Positions 12,791 to 25,004 of a stretch of 64,000 nucleotides of DNA are shown in pieces (within the stretch, counting starts at the first letter, position 1; each line of letters opens with the position of its first letter). This DNA is from Octopus vulgaris. Lineage: Eukaryota. The stretch lies in the NCBI GenBank assembly GCA_951406725.2, contig OX597836.1, positions 19,592,001 through 19,656,000 on the forward strand, read 5' to 3'. Under the pieces are notes generated by a model. That model did not search any database. It was given only the letters and a program-made list of their open reading frames with translations, and had not been told where the DNA came from. The position numbers and the translations under genes are program-made.

Positions 12791-15675
12791 AAGCGTACAA
12801 GATTTTCTGGGCAGGGAACACTGACGGGGTTGGTGGCGTGGGTATACTTATCGCTGAGAAATGGATAGATAGAGTAGTTGAGGTAATCAGAGTAAGTGAC
12901 AGAATACTTAAGATTAGAATAGTGCTTCATAATAGATTAGCAACCATTATATCGGCCTATGCCCCTCAGCCAGGGCTACCCGATGGACAGAAAGACAGTT
13001 TCTATGACACCCTACTGCAGACCACCTCATCGACGAACGACAGGGACCTTCTCTTTGTGGCTGGTGATTTCAATGGGCATGTTGGACGACATGCTGGGGG
13101 CTTCCATGGCGTACATGGAGGCTACGGTTATGGTTCCCGCAACGAGGAGGGAACCAGGCTGCTGGAGTTCTGCGATGCGAATAGTCTTATGGTCTGCAAC
13201 ACTAACTTCAGGAAACCAACAAGCCACCTGGTCACCTACCGATCGGGCCGGCATACTAGCCAAATCGACTACATCCTTGCCAGAAAAAGGGAAAGATGGC
13301 TGCTTAAAAATGCCAAAACCTTCCCAGGCGAAGAATGTACCCCACAACATAGACTGGTAGTTAGTGACTTTAGGATCAGGACTAAGAGGGCGACTAGAAG
13401 ACGACCAACATGGAGAAGAAGGGTCTGGAAGCTTAAAGCCCCTGCGAATGGACAGAGATTTAGAGATATGTTACTTGAAGCCTTCGACGAAGTGGAAGGG
13501 GGTATAGCTACACATGGGGTAGAAGACAACTGGACGTTTCTGAGGGACAACCTGCTGAAAGCCGCTGACCAGATCTGTGGCTGGTGCAAAGTCCCCTTAA
13601 GACCCAAAATAACGTGGTGGTGGAACAATATTGTTGACAGGGCTATTAGACAAAAGAAACAGGCTTGGAAGGCCTGGAAGAACGGTGGTAGCAGGGAAGG
13701 GTATCAGACTGCCAGAAGGGAAGCTAGGAGACAGGTCTATCTAGCCAGAGGGGAAGCAGATAAGAGAAAATTTGCCAATGTCCTGCGCCGTGAGGATGAA
13801 AGACTTGAGGTATTTCGTGTTGCAAGACAGTGTGTGAGAGAGAATCGTGATGTGGTAGGAGAGAAATGTGTTCGCATGGAGGATGGTTCACTTGCGCTAA
13901 ATGAGGATGCAAAGAGAGAAGCTTGGAGACGCCACTATGAAAGGTTACTGAATGAGGAAAATGAATGGGATAAAGAGAGTCTGCCGAATGTTGACCCTAC
14001 AGAGGGACCAGCTATCCGAGTTGATAGTTCCGTGGTAGCTAAGGCAATTAGAAGCATGAAGACAGGGAAAGCCCCAGGCCCATCAGGAATTACTGCAGAG
14101 ATGCTCAAAATATCTGGCAGTGTCGGCTATAACCTAGTCACCCGTATAGTCAACCAGGTGATACACGAAGGAGTCATACCCAATGACTGGTGCAGCAGCA
14201 TACTAGTCAACTGCTACAAAGGTAAAGGTGATGCCCTAGATACAAATAATTACAGAGGTATCAAGCTGTTGGATCAAGTAATGAAGGTTACGGAGAGGGT
14301 CATAGCCCAACTAATTAGAGAGAGAGTTAGTTTAGATGAGATGCAGTTTGGGTTCGTGCCAGGGAAAAGTACCACTGATGCTATATTCCTGGTAAGGCAG
14401 CTGCAGGAGAAATACCTAGCCAAAGATAAGCCCCTGTACCTGGCTTTCGTTGACATGGAGAAAGCTTTTGATAGGGTCCCCCGATCCCTTATCTGGTGGT
14501 CAATGAGGAAACTAGGGATAGATGAATGGCTGGTGAGGACTGTGCAAGCCATGTACAGAGATGCCGTAAGTAAGGTTAGGGTTGGCAACATGTACACAGA
14601 AGAATTCAAAGTAGAGGTTGGGGTCCACCAGGGTTCAGTACTCAGCCCCCTCCTATTTGTCATAGTACTCCAGGCAATTACGGAGGAATTCAAGACAGGC
14701 TGTCCCTGGGAGCTCCTCTACGCTGACGACCTTGCTCTTATTGCTGAGTCACTATCAGAACTGGAGGAGAAGTTCCAGGTGTGGAAGGAGGGTTTAGAAT
14801 CAAGGGGCCTTAGAGTCAACCTAGCTAAAACCAAAGTACTAATAAGTAGAAAGGTAGACAATCCACAAATATCTTCAGGAAGATGGCCCTGCTCGATCTG
14901 TAGAAAAGGTGTAGGTAGAAACTCTATAAGATGTACCCAGTGTAAGCTATGGACACATAAGAGGTGCAGCAATGTCAAAGGTAGGCTAACTGGGAAGATA
15001 GTTTTTGTATGTGGCAGATGCTCGGGAGCATTAACCTCCGAAAATCTGCAGAAAACAACTTCCGTCACTTTCCAGGGGGAAAAACTAGAAGTAGTTGATA
15101 GCTTCCGTTATCTAGGTGACCAAGTCAGTAGTGGGGGTGGGTGCGCTGAAAGTGTAACTGCTAGAATAAGAATAGCCTGGGCAAAGTTTAGGGAGCTCTT
15201 ACCTCTGCTGGTGACTAAAGGCCTCTCGCTCAGAGTAAAAGGCAGACTGTATGATGCGTGTGTACGAACAGCCATGCTACATGGCAGCGAAACATGGGCC
15301 GTGACTGCTGAGGACATGCGTAAGCTCGTGAGGAATGAAGCCAGTATGCTCCGATGGATGTGTAATGTCAGTGTACATACTCGACAGAGCGTTAGCACCT
15401 TGAGAGAAATGTTGTACCTAAGAAGCATCAGTTGTGGTGTGCAAGAGAGACGATTGCGCTGGTATGGTCATGTGGCGAGAATGGATGAAGATAGGTGTGT
15501 GAGAAAGTGCCAATCCCTAGCAGTTGAGGGAACCCGTGGAAGAGGTAGGCCCAGGAAAACCTGGGACGAGGTGGTGAAGCACGACCTTCGAACTTTAGGC
15601 CTCACTGAGGAAATGACCAGAGACCGAGACCTTTGGAAATATTCTGTACGTGAGAAGACCAGGCAGGACGAGTGA
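12754..15675 (+). CDS. RTE ORF: truncated APE endonuclease, reverse transcriptase and PHD-type zinc finger
   Basis: GDFNGH, QIDYIL and QHRLVV endonuclease motifs; KAPGPSG, KAFDRV, GVHQGSVLSP, YADD and FRYLG RT motifs; C-x2-C...C-x2-C-x4-H-x2-C...C-x2-C finger; RGRGRPRKTW C-terminus. Confidence 0.93.
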   Translation: MRLCLYILLYFAEAYKIFWAGNTDGVGGVGILIAEKWIDRVVEVIRVSDRILKIRIVLHNRLATIISAYAPQPGLPDGQKDSFYDTLLQTTSSTNDRDLLFVAGDFNGHVGRHAGGFHGVHGGYGYGSRNEEGTRLLEFCDANSLMVCNTNFRKPTSHLVTYRSGRHTSQIDYILARKRERWLLKNAKTFPGEECTPQHRLVVSDFRIRTKRATRRRPTWRRRVWKLKAPANGQRFRDMLLEAFDEVEGGIATHGVEDNWTFLRDNLLKAADQICGWCKVPLRPKITWWWNNIVDRAIRQKKQAWKAWKNGGSREGYQTARREARRQVYLARGEADKRKFANVLRREDERLEVFRVARQCVRENRDVVGEKCVRMEDGSLALNEDAKREAWRRHYERLLNEENEWDKESLPNVDPTEGPAIRVDSSVVAKAIRSMKTGKAPGPSGITAEMLKISGSVGYNLVTRIVNQVIHEGVIPNDWCSSILVNCYKGKGDALDTNNYRGIKLLDQVMKVTERVIAQLIRERVSLDEMQFGFVPGKSTTDAIFLVRQLQEKYLAKDKPLYLAFVDMEKAFDRVPRSLIWWSMRKLGIDEWLVRTVQAMYRDAVSKVRVGNMYTEEFKVEVGVHQGSVLSPLLFVIVLQAITEEFKTGCPWELLYADDLALIAESLSELEEKFQVWKEGLESRGLRVNLAKTKVLISRKVDNPQISSGRWPCSICRKGVGRNSIRCTQCKLWTHKRCSNVKGRLTGKIVFVCGRCSGALTSENLQKTTSVTFQGEKLEVVDSFRYLGDQVSSGGGCAESVTARIRIAWAKFRELLPLLVTKGLSLRVKGRLYDACVRTAMLHGSETWAVTAEDMRKLVRNEASMLRWMCNVSVHTRQSVSTLREMLYLRSISCGVQERRLRWYGHVARMDEDRCVRKCQSLAVEGTRGRGRPRKTWDEVVKHDLRTLGLTEEMTRDRDLWKYSVREKTRQDE

Positions 15676-16499
15676 GCCCAGCCCACTTATGAATGCCTTT
15701 CCTCCCTTGGACACAAAGACCGGTTGAGGCAAGCGAAGTCGATATAGAACCTCATCCAACGACAGGCACCCATGCCAACCCCCCATGCTTGCGAAGACAT
15801 GTTGGGGCAAGCGAAATCGAAATCGAAACCGAATTGAACCAGCCAGGATCCCTGGCCTGGTGGTACGTAAAAAGCACTATCCGACTCGTGGCCATGGCAC
15901 GTAAAATACTCCAATGCGACCGTACGACAGGCACCCATGCCAACCCCCTTTGCTTGTGAAGACATGTTGGGGCAAGCGAAATCGAAATTGAATTGAACCA
16001 GCCAGGATCCCTGGTCTGATGGTACGTAAAAAGCACTATCCGACTCGTGGCCGTGGCACGTAAAATACTCCAATGCGACCGTACGACAGGCACCCTTGCC
16101 AACCCCTTTGCTTGTGAAGACATGTTGGGGCAAGCGAAATCGAAATCGAATTGAACCAGCCAGGATCCCTGGTCTGGTGGTACGTAAAAAGCACTATCCG
16201 ACTCGTGGCCGATGCCAGCACCGCCTCGACTGGCTTCCGTGCCGGTGGCACATAAAATACACCAATCTGACCGTGGCCGTTGCCAGCCCCGCCTGGCACC
16301 TGTGCAGGTGGCACGTAAAAAGCACCCACTACACTCACGGAGTGGTTGGCGTTAGGAAGGGCATCCAGCTGTAGAAACATTGCCAAATTTAGACTGGAGC
16401 CTGGTGCAGCCTTCTGGCTTCCCAGAACCCCGGTCGAACCGTCCAACCCATGCTAGCATGGAGAACGGACGTTAAACGACGATGATGACGATGATGATG
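12796..16499 (+). mobile_element. Young, 5'-truncated RTE-clade LINE
   Basis: Uninterrupted APE-RT ORF, a 3' UTR with tandem repeats, and a (GAT/GAC)n tail at about 16477-16499. Confidence 0.93.
15761..16210 (+). repeat. About 160-bp tandem repeat (about 2.8 units) in the RTE 3' UTR
   Basis: Units starting gacaggcaccc at about 15761, 15926 and 16086. Confidence 0.85.
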
Positions 16500-17467
16500 T
16501 GGGCTGGCTGTACAGTTATAGTTTTAAAACAGTGCTTGAGGGGACAGATGCTACAATATCTCATTTTCTTCACTGAAAGTGCTTGGAAACCCAAGAAAAA
16601 AAAAACCCTGCAAAGCCAGTAGTTTAGCATTATTTCTTTAGAATAAGACAGTGAACTGATAGAATTGTTAGAATGCAGGGCTTAGCAGCATTTCATTTGT
16701 CTTTATGTTCTGAGTTCAAATTCCACCAAGGATGACTTTGCTTTTCATCTTTACAGGGTCAATAAAATATGTACCAGTTGAATACTGGGGGGTCAATGTA
16801 ATCAATTTACCACTTTCCCCTGAAACTGCTAGCCTTATGCCAAAATTTGAAACCAATATTTCTGTAGAGGATCTCAAATATTTTGTGTATAACAAGATAG
16901 CAAGGAATGGAATTACTAACTCTGTTTGAGAGTTACAAAACTAAAGGTACATATGGCTGTGGAATACTCAGCTATAAATAGATAAATAGATAAATGGGTA
17001 ATTCAAATGACTGAACAAGTGGAACACATGATTATTGTGGAAGCGTCCCGACCACCCCCACATGACTGAAAGTGGACTCACACATTTCAATAAAGTGAAG
17101 AAACTGTGTGAACTGTCGGTAGTTGATAGTATTGATCATTGCTATTGGTTACTGTGTTAGTTTAATATTGTAGCTATGTTTGGAGAAGTACGGAGTGCTT
17201 CTGTACAAATATGTTAATTCTGTGAAAGCTTATTCTAGATAACCATATTCAAATGTTTATTTGGGTAATACTATTCTTAACCCCCTTCTGCACAACTCCC
17301 AACATAATTATTTCAAGCAACAGAAGAGGGATTCATTCATGTGAAGCTTGAAAAGAATGTATGTGCTTGCTCCATTTCCTTAAACTCAGTGTTGTTACCA
17401 TGGTAACTTCATTACCACTCCTTCACAGGATATTTACTCCATACATACACACACACACACACACATA

Positions 17468-17935
17468 TCAGGTCATCAAGAATGAAATGTCCGATTTGGA
17501 AATGAAAGTTTATTTTACTTCATCTCAACAAAAAAGCAACACAGTTAATCAAAGGATGCACCTAAATTATCAACACAGTTTTGCCATTTTATCAGAAGCT
17601 TATTTATGCTGGCAGCAAAGGATTCTGGAGAGCAAAAGGTGGTGAAATCATGAAAGGCTGCTTTTGCATCTTCTTCAGATTTGAAGTTTTTTCCTTGCAA
17701 AAAGTTGTCTAATGCATGGAAAACATGATAGTCAGTTGGTCCAAGGTCTGGTGAATATGGTGGATGACAGAGTACTTCCAAGTTCAGTTCCTGTAACTTG
17801 AGCAGTGTTCTTTGTGCAGCATGTGGCTGAGCTTTGTCTTGCAAGAGAATTGGCCTTTCTCTATTGACCAATCTCGGTTGTTTAATTGCAAGTTCCACTC
17901 ATCATTTCATCCAATTCATTCACTACCAGCATAAA
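17468..17935 (-). mobile_element. Mariner transposon 3' fragment
   Basis: ILLQDKAQPH...LCHPPYSPDLGPTDYHVF...LDNFL...KWQNCVD transposase C-terminus; TIR-like end next to TA at about 17468. Confidence 0.88.
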
Positions 17936-18423
17936 TAAGCTACCGATAAAATGGCAAAATCGGGATGCAAACTTCTTAACACACAGCCATGCCTGGTGAA
18001 TGTATATGTGCATGTGTGTGTGTGTGTGTGTGTGTATGTGTGTGTGCGTGTGTTTATGCACGCGTGTGTGTGTGGGTGAATGCGTGTATGTATACACCAC
18101 TCTCTCTCAACTATAACCCTGTATCTCTCATCGTAATTTAACTTCTTTTGTCTTGTCACCAAGAATCATCCCATTCTGTCTATTGTTGTCAGTCAAATGA
18201 GCTCTTCAAGCTCTTTAGTCCCACAAGATGCAAGACCATCTCACTAGTGTTTGTACCATGAAAAAAGCAGCCAGTCCACTCAACAAAGTGGCTGGCACAG
18301 GAAGGGCATCCAGCCATGGAAACCATTGCAAAATAGAGTGGAGCACCTACTCATCAGACCCTTGCCAAGCCATCTAACCCATACTAGCCTAGAAAGCAGA
18401 TGTAAAACACTGATGATGATGGT

Positions 18424-18456
<33 letters not shown>

Positions 18457-18462
18457 TATATA

Positions 18463-18651
18463 GTCGCCATGATAGATCGTTAGCCACTACACACATTTTT
18501 TTCTCTCCTTGCTTTTTCTGTGTCCCTTTCTGTAGAAGAGCGTAGGCTCGAAACGTAAAAGACTTTTTCTATTCCTGAGCGTTATACTAATACATCTGTT
18601 TGTTTTGTACACCACCAGTCTTCGTCTTTTGTTTTTTTTCGTAAACTTTCC

Positions 18652-18652
<1 letters not shown>
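18463..18652 (+). mobile_element. Short Penelope-like element in (TA)n with a variant hammerhead motif
   Basis: CTTT-CTGTAGA-A-GAGC gtag GCTC-GAAA-CG-TA-AAAG at 18526-18561. Confidence 0.5.
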
Positions 18653-18701
<49 letters not shown>

Positions 18702-20533
18702 GCTAAAGGGGCTTTTGAATCACCCAATGTATATGTTTGTATATCCTTTGAACTGCAGCCGTGTTGGGGCACTACATTGAAGTGTTTAGTCACACAAATC
18801 AACCCCAGGACTTAATTTTCTTCAAATCTGGTACTTATTCTATTGTTCTTTTTTGCGAAAATTACCAAGTTACAAGGACTTAAACAAACTCAAATGGTGG
18901 GACAAATACAAAGACACACACACACACACACACAAATGACAGGCCTTCACATAGTTTCACTTGCCTAAGGTACTGCACAATGGCACAAAACCCAAAACGC
19001 ATGTGGTTCAAAACAAAATGCCAGCAATGAATTTGAACTAGTAACTCTTGACCTTACAGTCCTATCCATTCAGGCAACTTCCTACTGTAACAATATATAC
19101 TGTAAGGCGTCTATCTATATCTACCTACCTACCTATCTGGCAAATTAAATAGGTATCTACCTACATACCTGCCTATCTATCTGTCTATCTCTCTCTCTAC
19201 TATCTACCCACTTATCTACATCTGCTTACATACCTATCTAGCTATCCAGCACATCTCTGTATATGTTCAAATGGAATTTCACAGGACTGAAACCCAACAG
19301 TACATAAGACTCCTTCTTACTTCCACTAAGACCACTACATCTGTTGATCTCTTGAAGAGCAGCAGAAAGAAAATCTTCAGAGTCAGACTGTCCCTCTAAC
19401 AAAGACCATTAATCCAGACAACCAAATAAAGAATACGAAAATCCTCTACCTGTTTTGTACCCTGTCATTTATTGACAGATTTTTACTGCTAATGTTTGAC
19501 CTACATTCATGGCACTCAAAATAATTAATATCCTATTCATAAGCTATGCAAAGAAATACTAAATATAAACCTAGCAAAGTTCTCTGGCCTCATACGCACT
19601 GCTCAAACATAGTTAGGTTATAATGTGGAACACCAGGTAGTTGGAATTTCAACAATCTAAGAACTTTAGGTTGCATCAGCTTTTTAATATCATTCAGCTT
19701 TGATACGATTTCTTGTTCTATGACATATATCTTCTTCACTGCTGTTAATGTTATTATAATTAGTTAGGCAATATTAAATGTGTACAGTGACTTCTTTGTC
19801 CATTACACTCTCACAGTGCCTTCTAAAATTACAGATTCTACCAGGCATACTTCATTTGTTCTAAACCTGCCCACCAGCCAACACCTAGTATATTCAGTTT
19901 CCCCGTGTTTTATTATTACTACATGTATACAGGAAATCTCATGGTGTCATATTACACAGCCAGCTCTCTATAGTTTCTATTACAAGGACATAAAATACTT
20001 AGAAGGTGTACCATACATAACTTAAGGAGAAATGTAATGGTTTAGTTGCTGTAGTATGGTGGTGATGGCGGCTATAGTAGTTTTAGTGGTGGCTGCAGTG
20101 ATGTGGTGGTCACAGGGGAGGTATTTGATATAGAGCTTGGACTTATAGCCAAAATCATCAGCATAGAACTGTGTCCTGGGGTTATTGCTCTAAATATACC
20201 AAGTACCTCATTTACCTGACAAAAGTGCAGATAAGAACAGTGAGAGTGTAAACAGGTGGAGGTGAAGAATTGAATAACCAACTAACTTGTTTGCTATCAT
20301 TTACTTTTTTTTTTTTTTTTTTCATATCTCTAGCAGATCTTTCCACTTATTTAAGCAAAGAATCTTGAGCATCCTTTGTGTTGATTCTTAAATCAGCCAA
20401 ACAACAAACAGAATACCAACAAAAAAGAGTAAACAAGTTGGTGAATCAAGATTTGGACTATACCACATCACAGAACGGGAGAAAGTCTACATCATGCCCC
20501 CATTGTAATTTAGGGGTGACAGGTTAGATCTAA

Positions 20534-20763
20534 GGCGGCGAGCTGGCACAAACGTTAGCACGCCGGACGAAATGCTTAGCAGTATTTCGTCCGCCGCTAC
20601 GTTCTGAGTTCAAATTCCGCCAAGGTCAACTTTGACTTTCATCCTTTCGGGATCGATTAAAGAAGTACCAGTTACACACTGGGGTCGATGTAATCGACTT
20701 AATACCTATGTCTGTCCTTGTTTGTCCCCTCTATGTTTAGCCCCTTGTGGGTAATAAAGAAAT
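20534..20763 (+). mobile_element. Meta-domain-like tRNA SINE (other good copies at 20988-21220 -, 32908-33138 +, 58057-58277 +; many degenerate)
   Basis: Core ctttcatcctttcggggtcgattaaataagtacc; TSD aggttagatctaa at 20521-20533 and 20764-20776. Confidence 0.85.
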
Positions 20764-23700
20764 AGGTTAGATCTAATCCAGTGTAGCATTGATTAAGACA
20801 TTTTGAGTCATTCCATGTTGACTCCACAAAATGTGGATGGGCAGTTTAGCGTTTGGAATCTCAACGCTTTCTGGTATGAGAATGGAGTTACCAAAATTAA
20901 TGAGTAAAAGGTGTGTCACTGCACTGTCTTGAGAGCTTTAGCAGTAATAGATGTGTTGTGTGATACTATGCTTTTATAACAGTATACCTATTTCTTTACT
21001 ACCCACAAGGGGCTAAACACAGAGAGGACAAACAAGGACAGACAAACGGATTAAGTCGATTATATCGACCCCAGTGCATAGCTGGTACTTAATTTATCGA
21101 CCCCGAAAGGATGAAAGGCAAAGTCAACCTCAGCGGAATTTGAACTCAGAATGTAGTGACAGACGAAATACCGCAAAGCATTTCGCCCGACATCCTAATG
21201 TTTCTGCCAGCTCGCCGCCTTGTGCTTTTATAACAGTATACCACTGTGACAATGTCTCAGTAGTAACAATATATTTCTGTGACAGTGCTTTAATAGTATT
21301 GGTGGTGACATTATTGCTGTGACAATGCTTTATTAGTGATATTGATGACACAAGGCCAGCAATTTTGCGGGAGGGGTAAGTTGATTACATCAACCCCAGG
21401 ATTCAACTTGAACTTATTTTATCCACCTTGGAAGGATAAAAAGCAAAGTTGATATCTTAGCAGGATTTGAACTCAGAATGTAAAAATGAACAAAATATTA
21501 TGCATTTCGCTTGACATGATTTTACCAGCTTGCTGCCTTACACTTTATTAGTAATATCATGACTGTGTACTGCTGTGATGACGCTTCATCAATCAATAGT
21601 AATTGTCTGACACTGCTACTGGTATGACATCACTTCTGTGTCGGTAACAGTGTAACACTGTACTGCTGTTATAGTGTCTTGGTTGTACAGAATTGGATTG
21701 GTTTTTCAAAAATGGCAGGCTAATTTCATGTCTCATAGCTTCTTTCCTCTTGGAGTGGCATGGCTGAGTGCTTAAGAAATTTGTTTCACAACAACATAGT
21801 TTTAAGAACTATCTCACTGCATAGCATCTTGGACAAACATAATCTGCTTGGGTCCACCAAATCTTTTAGTATCAAATTTCCTAAGGGTGACTTGGCTGAA
21901 TAAAATGCTTTGTGCTGTTTGTTCTGGCTTTCAGCATTCTGAGTTCAAATCCTGCCATGATCAACTTTGCCTTTCATCCTTTCTCAGGGTCAATAAAAAT
22001 GTACCAATTCAGGGTGGTGGGTTGGCAGAAGTGCAAGAAAGTCAGACCAGAAGGTCTTGCAGTAGCTGATCAGGTTCTTTCTTTTCTGACAGCAACACCT
22101 GCAATAACACTAGTGTCAAACTGTATCACCCTTAAGTCAGAGGCCTTTCCCTTGGATTAAAAACTGCCAGTGTTTCTCAAAAAAAATCTAGCTCACACAT
22201 GTAAAAAGGCAGGGTCAGCTATCACCAATGAAGGCCTTTACAGATGAAACTGCTTGGAAGTCTGTTGATGAACAATTCCTGTTTCAAGAGATGGGGTCTT
22301 TATCCATTCCCCAGTTTAACACCACCGCTTGTGCCAGGGGTGACTATGTTTGCAGATATTTGGCCCAGCTCTCTGGTTTGAAAAACAACTTCCTATCTTG
22401 TTCTCACCAGTCTTGGAGGTGCTAAATCAGGTGAAGGGCACTGTCCCTCCACCTCTGATTAAGCTGTAAGCCTCTCTCCCCCAACATCGGCATCAGTAAA
22501 ATACTGTTGAAAACAGACCACTACATGATATACACCAAATATCAAGTCAGGACCAATTCCACATCATCTAGGAAACCACATAATCCAGCACTGCCTGCTT
22601 ACAATTGAGTGGCATATTCCCCATTTTTTTTAGGTGGGGGTAGCCACAGCAAGACATACACACACCAGGTATTCTATTTATTTCCCAGCTTCAAGAGGCA
22701 AGACCCATTTTATTATTAATTTCAAGAAAATTGTCTCATTAAATTTCTAAGATTTCAGAATTTTATCTAACAAGTACCTAACCATTTAAAGCAAGGCTTT
22801 AGAGTGGGAGGTTGGGATGTGGCTTCATCTGCTAAGCTTATCAGGAGTGGCCCCTTAGGCGATGGGGATGTCAACAGTTTGTTTGATGATTCTAAGTGTT
22901 GGCAGTGGCATTGCCACCATTGACCGTAGATGAAAAGTAGTTACAATTAAAGTAGACATTTATTGAAATAATAAAAATGCTTATTTTGGTTATCAGCATT
23001 TTGTTTTCTCCTTCAAGCTCAAATTGTCTTACTTAGTAAGCGATCGTGGTGGGGACGCTGGCAACGGGTAGTTTCAGAGCTATGCTGTCGGGAACTTCGG
23101 TTCCTGGTAGGGCCACCCAAGGCGGATTGATCTGACACCGAGTGGTATTAGGGCCACAAACCGGCAGTTTTGTGAAAATCCTTGGAGTGTCTGCTTCGGC
23201 AACCGGCAGCTCCTTGGTTGTTCTGTCCCTGCATCTGCGGACAATCTGCAGCAAACATGATGTCTCCACATGAGGGATTGTTGGGGACCGCTTATGAAAT
23301 TCACATTTTCCCACGAAACTTCTTCCAAGGAAGAAGCCGACTCAACCTGCCCAGGGTGAATGTCGCCACAAGTTGATAATTTGTCATTACTTTTCACTAT
23401 AATTATATTTATTAAAAATACTTCCTATTGAGATCCATATACAAATTTTCTTATGTGAGTTGTGACTAAGTAGGGCAATAGTTGGAGAAAGTTTCAAAAA
23501 AATTTATGAGATCTTTTGACCAATGAAATGTCAAAAATTAGGTCAACCTTTTTATTGTTATTGTAAGGAAAAAAATACTCTAAACAAAAGCTGTAGATCT
23601 ATTTAAATGCTTTAAAATGAAAAAAAAAAAAAATTGAGCTTTCTAGCTCAAATAGTGGCTGAGATATGACTTCTCAAGGCTATTGAGAAACTGAAAAAAT

Positions 23701-23939
23701 GTCACTTTTTTTTTAAAATTTCAAATGGTCATAACTCAGCAAATATTAGAGTTAGGTAAAAAAAATATTTCATGTTTATAGGTTTTATATGAAAGGCCAT
23801 TTAGCTTGCAAAGTTAGAAAGAAATTGGTTTTCGGTCACCTTCAATTTTTTTTAAAATTGCATTAATTTTGTACGGAAAAGTCAAAATTAGTTGGCAACC
23901 ATACTAATAGAAAACAAGGCAGTAACAGCAGCAAAAATG

Positions 23940-24530
23940 TTATCTTGCAATTTGGTGCCTGGAGAAGTATCCATGCTGCCAACAGGCTTCAGGTGCACTG
24001 GACTGATGAGCTAGTTAAGTCATTAGGAGTTTGGTTTGGTTTGAACCTTCAAGTGGATAGGAATTCAGATGAGGTTACCAACAGGGTTAACAGTCCCACC
24101 AAGAAATGAACTAAGAGAAAGCTAAATCCTTAAAAGGTCTGTCAAAGGAGGCAACCACATATACTGGCTTCAAATTTTGGGAAAGGAGCCAATCAATTAC
24201 ATTGATCCCAGTGCTCAACTGGTACTTATTTTATCCATCCCAAAAGGACGAAAGGCAAAGTTGACCTCAGCAGAATTTGAACTCAGAATGTAAAGCCAGA
24301 TGAAATGCTACTAAGCATTTTTGCCCAGCATGCTTAATGATTCTGCCAGCTCGCCACCTTCAGGCAACCACATACATTGTCTACATTATATATTACTGCC
24401 TAACTGTCATGCCATATTATTTCTGTCTCGCCAGATTAAACTGTCCGATATTTCTTCCCTGTGGAAGAGATGCTTTCCACTAGTCAAGCAGTTCATCTGT
24501 CCTCTGCACTGTGGCCAATCCAGTGTAAAC
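23940..24530 (+). mobile_element. L1/Tx1-like RT relic interrupted by a SINE (about 24165-24360) with an aggcaaccacata target duplication
   Basis: WTDELVKSLGVWFG...KRKL, then YYCLTVMP...LWKRCFPLVK. Confidence 0.6.
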
Positions 24531-24699
24531 CTACATTAAAGATCTTCAACAACGATCAGGTATAGTTGACCATTGTCAAATATGTTTTTCTTTTGCTGCT
24601 CTCTTTGTCAGGATCAACCGAAGCTCAAAACAGAATACTTAGCATATAGAATGTTGTCTGGCCCTAACAGCCCTCTGCTAGTTAGGCAATGCAGTCGGT

Positions 24700-25004
24700 T
24701 GTTGTTTGTTCCTTCTCGAGCCATGCCTGGCTCATAAGGGCCAGTTTCCTGGTTTCTTGGTGTATAAGTTCCCCACCTGGACGGGACTCCGGTCCGTCGC
24801 AGGTGAGCTGCAAGATGCAGGAGGAAAGAGTGAGAGAAAGTTGTGGCGAAAGAGTCAGCAGCAGTTCACCATTACCTTCTGCCGGAGCCGCGTGGAGCTT
24901 AGGTGTTTTCGCTCATAAACACACACATCGCTCGGTCTGCGATTTGAACCTGCGAACCCTCGACTGCGAGTCCACTGCTCTAACCACTAGGCCATGTGCC
25001 TCCA
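24700..25004 (-). mobile_element. tRNA-derived SINE with about 74-bp flanking direct repeat
   Basis: Head and core shared with 303-612; direct repeats at 24626-24699 and 25005-25078. Confidence 0.85.

Noticed and set aside
15761-16330. Repeat-spacer-like pattern suggestive of a CRISPR array
   Set aside because: Units repeat in full with no unique spacers, there are no cas genes, and the context is a eukaryotic LINE 3' UTR.
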